From the NCBI GenBank assembly GCA_951406725.2, contig OX597815.1, forward strand, positions 180,296,001 through 180,360,000: a stretch of 64,000 bases of DNA, written 5' to 3'. This document shows, one piece after another, positions 38,392-50,190 of the stretch (its first letter is position 1; each line of letters opens with the position of its first letter). The notes below the pieces were generated by a model. It saw nothing but the letters and a program-made list of their open reading frames with translations, was not told the origin of the DNA and did not search any database. Source of the stretch: Octopus vulgaris (Eukaryota). The position numbers were made by a program, and so were the translations under genes.

Positions 38392-40054
38392 TCTCTTATT
38401 ATAAAAGGCAGATTTTATCTGCCTCCCTTTGTAACTTATAGAAATCTACAATATAGGATTTCTTCAATTACAATTTACCTAGCATTTTTAAGAGTAGAAT
38501 GCATCGGGTCATGCCAGGTCCAGTTTTTAAAATTTAAACTCCAATTAAGCAAAATTTACAGAAAACTCACATTCTGGTGTGTATGTCAAATGCTTTTCTT
38601 AATGTGGTTTACACCACACGCACACGCACACACACAGTGTGCAACGAATAAAATGAAAGTAAATAGCGACAGAGTGATTTGAGGAAGACTAAACTGAAAG
38701 TATTTAAACCACTACTCAAAAAATAAAAAAACACAGCAAACAGAAACAAATAAATACATAACGATTTACTCCTCACACAATTTCTTCAATTAGAGTTTAC
38801 CTAAGATTTTTCAAAGTACTCCATTCGGTCATGCCATAATATATTTCTTTCAATTTCACCCCCAATTAAGACAAAATTCGAGAAAACTCAATATTTTAAC
38901 ATTTCACTCCGAAAGCATTGATGTACATGTGTGCGTGCGTGAGTGTGTGTGTGTGTGTGTGTGTTTTGATGGGTTGTGCGACACAGAAAGTGTGGTGTGT
39001 AAGTGAAGTGCTTTTGTTAGTGTGTGTAAAGAGACAGACAGAGTGAAAGACAGAAATAACTGAACTTTTTTTATTCACTTTTTGTAGTGAGTGACTGAGA
39101 GAGAAAAAAGAGAGAGAGGTTATGTATGTATATATGTATGTATGGCTTCAGTGACACACACACACAAAAACACATACCTACATACACCTAAAGCACGCAC
39201 ACACACACACACAAGCGGAGCGCGAACTTCAAAATTTTGGTAGTATTAATTTGCGAGCGTACTTCTAAGCGCACGTAATTGAAAGTTTTCACTATGATAT
39301 CATCATGTGCGAAAAAATTCGAAGGGTTTTGAACAATTGAGATACACATGTCACGCCTGTATTGAAACCATTGCTAAGCTGCCGTAATTGCTTAATTAAG
39401 ACTTTGTTTAAATTGAAAGGGGCAAATATGTGACGAGGTTGAAAAAAATACCCCAGAAAAAAAAATGTACTGCTGGTATTTATATAATTCACTACTATTT
39501 TGCTACAATGTCATGAAAAAGAAAAAATTTAGGTATGTAAATCGAATTCGCCACCCCCTTTTCCCCGTTCGCGTTTGTGTAAAAAAAATTATTATTTAAG
39601 TTTTAAAAATTATTTACTTTGTTCAAAAAATATTAATATTAATTAATTTTCAAGAATTATTTAATTTTATTCTGTAAAATAGTAATTAATTCATTTATCT
39701 GTAAATCCGCAAGGTTGTTACTCAGGCACCTAGAATGGTAACCTTCAACTAACACTATCTCCTCCGAGACCCTGCGGCGCAAGTTGACCAAAATTGAGAG
39801 TATGGTAGAAGAAGGGTTGCTCTTCCTTCCGTAGAACATAAAATTCAAATCGGACCATGTTAACACCAAAAATTATTTACATCAAAAAGATGCTTTTTTC
39901 TATGAAAATCCCTATTTTTTACAATTTTTTCACTGCTGTTTCGCCACTTTTCGGTGTATTTCGACCAGAAAAATGTTCACAAAATTTTTACTTTTCAAAA
40001 TTACAATTCCAGCGGGTCGAAACAAACCTGAGCAACGCCGGGCGATACTGCTAG
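38392..40054 (+). mobile_element. 1.66-kb non-autonomous Helitron
   Basis: A|TCtcttattataaaaggcag ... acaaacctgagcaacgccgggcgatactgCTAG|T; 3' end identical to the short copies. Confidence 0.75.
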
Positions 40055-40446
40055 TATATATATATAAATAGGAATATTACATTTCTAAATCTCTCAGATT
40101 TATACAGTAGCAGCACGATAAAGTGATGGTATGTTGTCAACTTAATGTGACAGTCCAATGAAAGGGAAGAATGCTACTGCTATGTAGCCCTAGGAAACAC
40201 CGTTTCCTGTTGGCCATTCATTGATTTCCAACAGGAAACAGTGTTTCCTAGGGCTAAATAAATAAATAAATATATATATATATATATATATGCATAAAAA
40301 TACAATGGGTTTCTTTCAGTTTCTGTTTACCAAGGCTTTGGCTGGCCCAAGGTTATAGTAGAAGACACTTGCCCAAGGTGCCATGAAGTGGGACTGAACC
40401 ATGTGGTTGGGAAGCAAGCTTCTTACTACACAGCCACTCCTGTGCC

Positions 40447-40479
<33 letters not shown>

Positions 40480-41446
40480 TCTGTTTGTTGTTTACACACC
40501 CACCTTCATATTTTATTTTTTTTTTTGTAAATTCTCACTATATATATATATGTAATTGTTTGTGTATGTAATTTCTTTGTGTCTTGTCCAAATTGTTTAT
40601 GGTGCTGCCCTCTATAGGTATCGTGTCAGTTGTTGGCTGAGGCTCATACAGATTCCGTCTATGTAAAGTATGCAGCAATGTTGGCAAGTGTTGTATGGAG
40701 AGACACATTCAAAGACAATATTTAGCTATGATGTGAAAGCATTTTGTTGCATTGCTTACAGAAATTCTATAGAAGAAGGCACTAGAAAGCAACACTAAAT
40801 ATATATATATATACATATATAAATGTTTTGTGTGTGTGCATAACGGTTGACTGTAAGCTTCTGAAAGGTAACGATGGAGTAGGTAACTGGATATAATTTG
40901 AATCTGGCCTAGATATTGTAATTCAATGAGTGTAAGAAAATAATATCCTGTTAAGTGAGGCAAGATTCGAACTCCTTCATTTTAGAATAAGATGTGTACT
41001 TTAGCAGCTATACTCTTTTCCTTCCAAAGAACCTTTCATAATATCTGAGAATGTCACAGATTTAAGAATTATTTTGACAGCAATCTCGGCTTGAGAGCAC
41101 ACATCAACAACATAGAACGGTAGGCACTAAGTGGTAAGAAGATTGCCTCCCAACCACATGGTTCTGGGTTCAGTCACGTGTGGCCCCTTGGGCCAACCAA
41201 AGCCTTGTCGGTGGTTTTGGTAAATGGAAATTGAAAGAAGCGTGTCTTATGTACTCTTTACTCTTTTACTTGTTTCAGTTATTTGACTGCGGCCATGCTG
41301 GAGTACCACTTTAGTCGAGCAAATCGACCCCAGGATTTATTCTTTGTAAGCCTAGTACTTATTCTATTGGTCTATTTTACTGAACCGCTAAGTTACAAAG
41401 ATTTAAACACACCAGCATCAGTTGTCATGCAATGTTGGGGGGACAA

Positions 41447-41503
<57 letters not shown>

Positions 41504-43109
41504 TATATACAACGGGCTTCTTTCAGTTTCTGTCTACCAAATCCACTCACAAGGCTTTGGTCAGCCTGAGGCTATAGTAGAAGTAACTCACCCAAGGTGC
41601 CATGCAGTGGGACTGAACCTGGAACCATGTGGTTGGTAAGCAAGCTACTTACCACACAGCCACTCCTGAGCCTATGTGTGTGTGTATCTATATTTGTCAC
41701 CACCACCACTTGGCAACCGGCGTTGGTGTGTTTATGTCCCCATAACTTAGCAGTTCACCAAAAGTAACCAATAGTATAAGTACCAGGCTTGAACGACAAG
41801 AAGTCCTGCGGTTGATTCATTTAACTAAAAGACTCCCTTAAGATGGTGCCCCAGCATGGCCATAGTCAAACGGCTGAGACAAGTAAAAGGTAAGCACACA
41901 GCTGATATATATCTCAGTATGATCCATGTCATGCTCAGAACTCTCTCAGACGGAGATCAAGGTATTGTCAATGTCATATTCTCTATTTCTGTAATGGTTC
42001 CATCCCATTAGGATGTGAGGATGTGTTGCAGGTTGTGGGAAAGGGAAGAAAACCTCCTCATCATCATCATCGTTTAATGTCCGCTTTCCATGCTAGCATG
42101 GGTTGGATGATTGACTGAGGGCTTGCGAACCAGATGGCTGCACCAGGCTCCAATCTTGATCTGGCATGGTTTCTACAGCTTGATGCCCTTCCTAATGCCA
42201 ACCACTCCGAGAGTGTAGTGGGCGCTTTTTATGTGCCACCGGCACGGGGGCCAGTCAGGCGGTACTGGCAATGACCTCGCTCGAATCTTTTTACACATGC
42301 TACTGATACAGGTGCCAGTAAGGTGACATTGGTAACGATCATGCTTGAATGGTGCCCTTTTATGTGCCACCGGCATGGAAGCCAGTTGGCTGCTCTGGCA
42401 ATGGTCATGCTCGGATGGTGCTCTTGGTACCCTACTAGCACGGGGCACAAGTACCAGTAAGGCGAAACCTGTAGCGATCATACGTATATATATGTGTATA
42501 TACTCACAAATGTATGTATATATAGAGAGAAATAAAATGAGACAGACAGAGAAGGGGAGACATAGATACACTCATTCATGCTCACATGTACGCACACACA
42601 CACACAACTACATAGATGAGGAATCAAAGCCAAGTTTACGTAAATGTGCTTGTGAAAATACACATCAATAAGTCAATTAGATGAGTTATTTTGTGGGAAC
42701 ATTATGGAAAATATACATAGATATTTTTATGCTTTTGTGGTAATGGAATAATTTACATTGTTGAGTTAAATGTGTGTAAGCAGATAAATGGCTGTTAGTA
42801 AACAGAAATGTCAAATAAACGTACGTGTATTTAAAATGGTAGAAATTATTCTATCAAGGCTAGACCAAAGCTAACATCTAACTGGGAGAGAGATAATGCA
42901 TTGAGATATAGAAATAATGGTTTATGTATGATTGATGCCTGATTGAAAACCAGACAAAAGCAGAGAGACAGACTCGTCTGGTGACAAGTAAATGTGCCAA
43001 GTGAACAAAAATAGTTTTTGTTAATATATTCTAAAACAATAGTTCAACTGAATGCTGGTTTCTGATTGGCTAAAAATTGCTTCCCACCCAAATGGTTCTG
43101 GGTACTGTT

Positions 43110-43480
43110 TTCTTTCTCTGACAGTCAGTGGCCGACATCACTTTTCAAATTGTCAATGAATCCATTTTCACCTGATTCGGTTCCCCAGAGTCTGTCTGTG
43201 TTGACGATTCTTGGCAATTATTGCCAAATAGTTGTGGAATCATCATAAAATAAGTTCCAAAAATACATTAGGATCAATTTAATTATTTTCTTTCTTAACA
43301 AAACTTCGTTTTGTACCTACACCTCGGAAATCAATAATTCAAAAGACTTTTTCTTTTGCTCCTTTCACATGTATTTTCTTACAATGGTCTCGCGTTTGAG
43401 ACCATGGGTGGGGAAGAAATCACATTGTCACTCACATTCAGAATTCAACATCAGTCTTTGAAAGGAATAACCATGTTTTA
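43110..43480 (+). pseudogene. Possible Ty3/Gypsy integrase remnant
   Basis: VADITFQIVNESIFT*FGSPESVCVDDSWQL resembles IF.RFG.PE.IVSD...QF; HVFSYNGLAFET resembles HP.SNGLAER. Confidence 0.4.
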
Positions 43481-43871
43481 TAATACACATGGGAACCTCA
43501 AAAGGCTAAATTTAGGCAATTTATTTATAACATTTCTCCTACCAGAATTTAATTATTGGCTTAAATAAAGGCAATCAAAAGTGAAAATAGAGAGTAAATT
43601 GATTTAATTCCTCACAGTTTACCTGTCTTTATTAGTTCGCACAATTGTTGCCAAGTAGTTGGGAAAAATGTCAGTTAGTAAGGTTATCTGCAAGAAAAGC
43701 CAGCAAATAACCTTAGCTCTTAGGATTAGTAGAAATGAAAGCAAAAGAAGGACTAAATTCTCATCAGAACAGACCAATATTTTGTGATAATCAACATGAA
43801 GAAGGAAGATAATAGAGCAACTAAAAGTCCATTCACATCATCAACTGTCAATTAGAGATCAACATGATTAA

Positions 43872-44343
43872 CCCTTTCATTACCAACCTGGCTGAAACCG
43901 GTTCGGGCTCTGAGTACAAATATCTTGTTTTCATAAGTTTTGAATCAAAATCTTCCACCAAACCTTAGTCACAATTTATGTTCCTAACACTAGCTGAATG
44001 ATAACTAAGTTATTTTACTAAATTCTTTATAATATTTAAAGTAATTGAAAGAAACACAGAACATCTCAAAATAAATATGGTAAAAAAGGGTTTAAAATAT
44101 ATAATAGAGAAACAATTCTTAATCCTTTTGATACCAACCGGGCTGAAACTGGCTCTAGCTCTGAATATGGATATCTTGTTTTCATAAGTTTTGAATTAAA
44201 ATCTTCTACCAAACCTTAGTCACAATTTATGTTCCTAACACTAGCTGAATGATAACTAAGTTATTTTACTAAATTCTTTGTTATATTTAAAATCAATTGA
44301 AAGAAACATAGAGCATCTCAAAATAAATACAGCAACGAAAGGG
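43872..44343. mobile_element. Two adjacent piggyBac-type MITEs (43872-44090, 44123-44343; family 2)
   Basis: TTAA-flanked, TIR ccctttcgttac-like, near-identical bodies. Confidence 0.85.
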
Positions 44344-45106
44344 TTAAGGCTCTTCTATCCAAAAGTTTGTTCAATGATGCTAAAGTGCATGAAGCTACCT
44401 GGAAGCTATGTGGTGTATATTAAAGGAGCATCATGTCTAAACATTGAAAAGTACAATGAACATAATATATCCCTTGTCATCTAGTCTGTCTCTCATTATC
44501 ATCATAACATCCACTTTTCCATATTTGCATGGGTCTGATGGAGAAAGGAAGCATAAAAGATGGTTGAATTTAGCCTGAACACCCCATATATTTCTCTTTG
44601 CTTCTGTTGTTTTCTTTTGTGTTCATGGCTTGCTGGGGCATAGCTTGAAGAATATCATCATCATCATCATTATTTAGCGTCCGCTTTCCATGCTAGCGTG
44701 GGTTGGACGGTTCAACTGCAGTCTGGGAAGCCAGAAGGCTGCACCAGGCCCAGTCTGATCTGGCAATGTTTCTACGGCTGGATGTCCTTCCTAATGCCAA
44801 CCACTCCGTGAGTGTAGTGGGTGCTTTTTACGTGCCACCGGCACAGGTGCCAGATGGGGCTGGCAAATGGCCATGGTCGGATGGTGCATTTTATCTGGTT
44901 GAATAAATAGACCCAAGCATTTATTTTGTGTTTTTAAAGCCTGATACTCATTTTATTGAGTCCTTTTGCTGAACCACTGGGTTACAGGGACATAAACACA
45001 CCAACACTGGTGGTCCAGCAGTGGTGCGGGACAAACACACACACATGCATAGATATTGTATCATCCATCTATCTATCCATCCTTCCATTTACTTTTCTAT
45101 CTATCC

Positions 45107-45139
<33 letters not shown>

Positions 45140-45172
45140 CTTTTCTTTCTATCTATCTATCTATTCATATAT

Positions 45173-45605
45173 ATTGGCACGTAAAAGCACCATCTGTTCG
45201 TGTTCGTTGCCAGCCTTGGCTGGCCCCCATGCCAGTGACACGTAAAAGCACCGTCCGTTTGTGGCCGTTTGCCAGCTCTGTCTGGCCCCGTGTCGGTGGC
45301 ACGTAAAAGCACCATCCGTTCATGTCCGTTGCCAGCATCGCCTGGCCCCGTGCCGGTGACACGTAAAAGCACCATCCGTTCGTGGCCGTTGTACCAGCTC
45401 TGTCTGGCACCTGTGCAGGTGGCACGTAAAAAACACCCACTACACTCGCGGAGTGGTTGGCGTTAGGAAGGGCATCCAGCCGTAGAAACACTGCCAAATC
45501 TGACTGGGCCTGATGAAGCCTTCTGGCTTCACAGACCCCAGTTAAACCGTCCAACCCATGCTAGCATGGAAAACGGACGCTAAATGATGATGATGATGAT
45601 GATGA
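45173..45605 (+). mobile_element. RTE 3' UTR with four ~60-bp tandem units
   Basis: cacgtaaaagcaccatccgttcgtggccgttgccagc.. at ~60-bp period; (gat)n tail. Confidence 0.9.
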
Positions 45606-45617
45606 TATATATATATA

Positions 45618-46012
45618 GGCGTAGGAGTGGCTGTGTGGTAAGTAGCTTGTTTACCAACCACATGGTTCTGGGTTCAGTCCCACTGCGTGGCACCTTGGGC
45701 AAGTGTCTTCTACTATAGCCTCGGGCCAACCAAAGCCTTGTGAGTGGATTTGGTAGACGGAAACTGAAAGAAGCTCGTCGTATATATGTATATAAATATA
45801 TGTGTGTATGTTTGTGTATCTTTGTTTGTCCCCCCCAACATCGCTTGACAACTGATGCTGGTGTGTTTACGTCCCCGTAACTTAGTGGTTCGGCAAAAAA
45901 AGACCGATAGAATAAGTACTAGGCTTACAAAGAATAAGTCCTGGGGTCGATTTGCTCGACTAAAGGCGGTGCTCCAGCATGGCCACAGTCACATGACTGA
46001 AACAAGTAAAAA
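45618..46012 (+). mobile_element. SINE family A (well-preserved reference copy)
   Basis: ggcgtaggagtggctgtgtggtaagtagc..gggttcagtcccactgcgtggcaccttgggcaagtg..gctccagcatggccacagtc..gactgaaacaagtaaaa. Confidence 0.92.
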
Positions 46013-46048
46013 CAAAATGCTTTATTTAAAAGCAGCAGAAGTATAACA

Positions 46049-46094
46049 AAAACTGTTACTCGGAGTTTCACGTTCCTGTTCGTCGGACAGTTTT
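46049..46094 (-). ncRNA. Minimal type-I hammerhead motif (C3-G8, C at position 4)
   Basis: aaaactgt CCGACGA aca ggaa cgt GAAA ctccgag TA acagtttt. Helix I is a perfect 8 bp and the cleavage triplet is GUA. An inverted partial copy lies at ~46255-46305 across (TA)n. Confidence 0.65.
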
Positions 46095-46172
46095 GTAATA
46101 AAGCATATTACTCTACCTCTGGTATTTGAGTACTCTTTTTTTCCACCTTGTTTCACATTTATGTGCTTACTC

Positions 46173-46218
<46 letters not shown>

Positions 46219-48860
46219 TGGTGTAAACACACAAATGTGAATGAATGGCAACGGGAAACTCAGAGTAACAGGTTTTGTTGAATTTTCTGCTGCTTTAAAT
46301 AAAGTATATATATATGTATATATATATATATATATATATTCTTTATTCTTTTACTTGTTTAAGTCATTTGAGTGGCCATGCTGGAGCACTGCCTTTAGTT
46401 GAACAAATCAACTCCAGGACTTATTCTTTGTAAACCTAGAACTCATTCTATCGGACTCTTTTGCCAAACCACTAAGTTACGGGGATGTAAACACACCAAT
46501 ATCAATTGTCAAGCGATGGTGGGGGTCAAACACACCAGGTCTTCAAGAAAAAAAAAACATAAATGGACTGCAGTTGATTCATTGAACTAAAAAAATTTTC
46601 GAGGTGGTGCCCCAGCATGGCCACAGTCTAATGACTGAAACAAGTATAAAAGATGATGAAGGATAAAACTTACTACTACTACTAATTCTATTACTATGAC
46701 GACTGACAATGATAGCAACAATGACGATGACAATTACTGCTACTACTACTACTACTGTAATTCCATTTTATTGCCTTATACTAACTGAAGTTAGTTTAGT
46801 GTTATTCCATGTTATTTTCCTTGTTTTGAAAAGGAAGTGTTCTGGGAGACAGCTTCAGCTAATAACATCACATATCTGATTGTCTCCCTTCTGGCGTGTC
46901 TCTCTATCTTTTGTGTATCAGATTATAATTGGCAGACAAATAATCTATCGATATATCTGTAACAACAATCACAACCACTTCTAACCGTCCATTGTGATTA
47001 TTCTTATTTTCCACCCAATAAACAGTCTGTTCTAAAGCTACTCATATTTTTTTACCTCATATAAATGGAGTACAAGCATATTTATTACATCATCTTCATT
47101 GTTAAGCATCCGTTTTCCATGCTGGCATGGGTTGGATGGTTTAACCGGAGCTACCCCAGGATTCAGCTGTCTATTTTGGCATTTTCTAATGCCAACCGCT
47201 TTATAGAGTGCTCTGGCTGCTTTTTATGTGGCATCAGCACAGGTGCTTTTATGTGGCACCAGCACAGGTATGTTTTATGTGACACCAGCACAGGTGTGTT
47301 TTATGTGGTGCTAGTACATATAGGCGTTGGAGTGGCTGTGTGGTAAGTAGCTTGCTTACCAACCACATGGTTCCAGGTTCAGTCCCACTGCATTGCACTT
47401 TGGGCAAGTGTCTTATACTATAGCCTCGGGCCGACCAAAGCCTTGTGAGTGGATTTGTTAGACGGAAACTGAAAGATGCCTGTCGTATATATGTATATAT
47501 ATGTGTCTGCATTTGTCCCCCCAACATGGCTTGACAACCGATGCTGGTGTGTTTATGTCCCTGTAACTTAGCGGTTCGGCAAAAGAGACCAATAGAATAA
47601 GTACTACGTTTACAAAGAATAAGTCCTGGGGTTGATTTGCTCGACTAAAGGCAGTACTCCAGCATGGCCAGTCACATGACTGAAACAAGTAAAAGAGTAT
47701 TTATTTCCTGTACAACTGTTATAGATTAGAGTGTTTGCCCTTTGATTGTAAGATGTCTTCCTTCATTGTATAATCAGCTTCATTCATCTGAGGAGAGAAG
47801 AGGAATTTATATAAAAGAGCAATAATTGAAAATCAAGAAAGATTTGCTATCCAGTTCCTCTTCAGCACTCTTACTCTTCAACATTTCTGTCTGTCATCAA
47901 TGACCAAGTATGAGGGTCCTGGTTGTTTGCCCCACTGGAACAGAATTATTTTAGGAGATAATGTTTTCCAGCATAAGTTGTTTGATAGGATCCAAACTTG
48001 TGCAAGCATGGTGTGGAGGACAGGCTGTTGCCTGTGCAGTATGTCCCTTCTTGCCACGTCACCAGTGGATCCAAAGGAACAACATGGCCATTATAATTTG
48101 GTACCAGTACAACAAGAGCTGCCAGAATGAAGCTGTAGACAACCTCAAATTGCCTTGAGGACCTCCCAATTTTACATCTGGGTTAACTCTCAGATCTTTT
48201 CTCACCACTGGGTATGGTCACAAAACAGCAGAGATTTGGAATGAGGGCTCCCTTAAATGAGTTACTGCGACCCGGCACTCCAAGGACACTAACGAGTCCT
48301 ATCTGCACAGTTGGATCGCTGACTGACTCATAGCTGGAAACCTGACAGATGCGACTACTCCAGGTCAGAGTAGATCTGGGAACAACAATGACTCTTCAAC
48401 TGTTTGAGTTGTTTGAGAAATAATAAATAATAGAAAGAGTTAAGATAAACATGAAAAAAAAAAAAATACCCAATTTAAAAATCTTTTTCAGATGCAAATA
48501 ACAGTGTCTTTCATGGATTTTGTAACCTGACTGCAACTTTCAAAATTTTGGTATTGTGTTTGTTCAACAAGTATTTTGATCTGAGATCATGTTGAAACTG
48601 AAGCAAGTACATCTTAGAAGGGCCATTTCAGTTTCCTAAAAGCACATGAAAGCTGGTAAATTCATTTTTTATATATTTCTTGAGGTCCCCAAATTTTCAT
48701 TGCACAATTCTCACCACCCCAAATATCCCTTGAGAGAGTGTCCCAACACATCTTCACCATCTCTCTCACTCTCTCGCTCAACCTCTTTTCTCTTCCAACT
48801 GAGGAATCTATGTAGCTATTCTGCAACAAGACATCTATTCTTGTCCCATTATACCTTTAA

Positions 48861-49162
48861 CTAGCAGTATCGCCCGGCGTTGCTCGGGTTTGTAAGGGAA
48901 ATAACTATATAAGCATTTTTAGAGAGTTACCTCCCTTATATAAACCGAGCAGAAAATGCATTAAAAATGCAGAAAAATGATGGTAAATTTTTTTTTTAAA
49001 TCGTAGAGTCATCGTAGACGCGTGCTAATACCCAGAAGGGCTCGATATGAATCACGACTATAAGATACCCGCTTTTGGTTAAACTGCACCGCAAAATGTG
49101 GGAGTAGTTAGGAATCTAAATAGGAGTAGACAGACTCTCACACAACTTCAGTTTTATATATA
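48861..49162 (-). mobile_element. Non-autonomous Helitron (different interior)
   Basis: Same 3' end gagcaacgccgggcgatactgCTAG on -; 5' end degenerate. Confidence 0.75.
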
Positions 49163-49515
49163 AAAATTTCTCAACTGACACAAAGCCATCCCCCATTTCA
49201 ATATTACTCCCACCCTAACCCAGCTGAGGAGTTTTCTGTTGCAATTTGCTGCCTGATGACCCTTTCAGTGCTGGTGCCATGTAAAAAAAAGCATCAAGTT
49301 CATATTGTAAAGTGGTTGGTATTAGGAAGGGCATCCAGTTGCCAAAGCAAACAATGGAACCTGGTACAGTTTCCAGCCTGACCAGCTCCTTTCAAGCTGT
49401 CCAACCCATGCCAGCATGGAAAACACATTAAATGACGACGACAGCAACGATGATGAAATGCAACCCGGTCATTGTAGTTTATTGATGATTAACTTTCTAT
49501 AAAAACTCCTATTAA

Positions 49516-49706
49516 CCCTTTCGTTACCAACCCGGCTGAATCCAGCTCTGGCTCTGAGTACAAATCTTCCACCAAACCTTAGTTACAATTTATGTTCCTA
49601 ACACTAGCTTAATGATAACCAAATTTTTTTACTAAATTCTTTGTTATATTTAAAATTAATTGAAAGAAATATAGAGCATCGCAAAATCAATACAGTAACG
49701 AAAGGG
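49516..49706. mobile_element. piggyBac-type MITE (family 2)
   Basis: TTAA ccctttcgttac ... gtaacgaaaggg TTAA; perfect TIR and TSD. Confidence 0.92.
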
Positions 49707-49929
49707 TTAATTTCCATTTGGCCACAAGCAAAAAATGTTACATTTATATAAAGTACTCAAGAGATGATAGTGTGTTAGAAATCCTTTTTCTCAAGACTGT
49801 TTTGTACAGCTGCAAAATATAAATCTAAAATGTAAGCAGAAAGGATTGTTTTGAACTTCCTTTCTGAAGATACTCATTATGGACATAAGTGTAGCAGATT
49901 CCAAACTGAATCACTGGGAAGCCAAGTAG

Positions 49930-50190
49930 ACTTCACGACCAAGCCAAAGTAGTTTCACATGATCGGACTATCAACCAACAAACCAGCATCAAACCATTGT
50001 GTGATTCAGCTTTCCAGAACTTTTTCATTAAGCCATATAAAAAGGTGGCTTTTCGCAATAACCCCAGAATGTTGAGACTACCAAATGATGTCTCCATTCC
50101 CATTGCATCAGCTGCCAATGGCAGGTAGAAGGTACAGATTTTGTCAACATGAATATAGTGCAATTATTTCCCAGTTGTGATGGACCAACC
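49930..50190 (-). pseudogene. Possible Ty3/Gypsy integrase remnant
   Basis: HYIHVDKICTFYLPLAADA resembles RIH.D....YL..VDA; LLRKATFLYGL..SHNG resembles LR..F..YGLP...SDNG. Confidence 0.3.

Noticed and set aside
40155-40200. SECIS-like ATGA..GA stem
   Set aside because: Spacing and pairing do not fit, and it is not conserved in the related copies.
45173-45430. CRISPR-like regularly spaced repeats
   Set aside because: The 'spacers' are homologous to each other, the array is part of an RTE 3' UTR, there are no cas genes, and the context is eukaryotic.
47950-48110. GKKGHTAQ..CP gag knuckle-like peptide on -
   Set aside because: Incomplete CCHC and broken frames.
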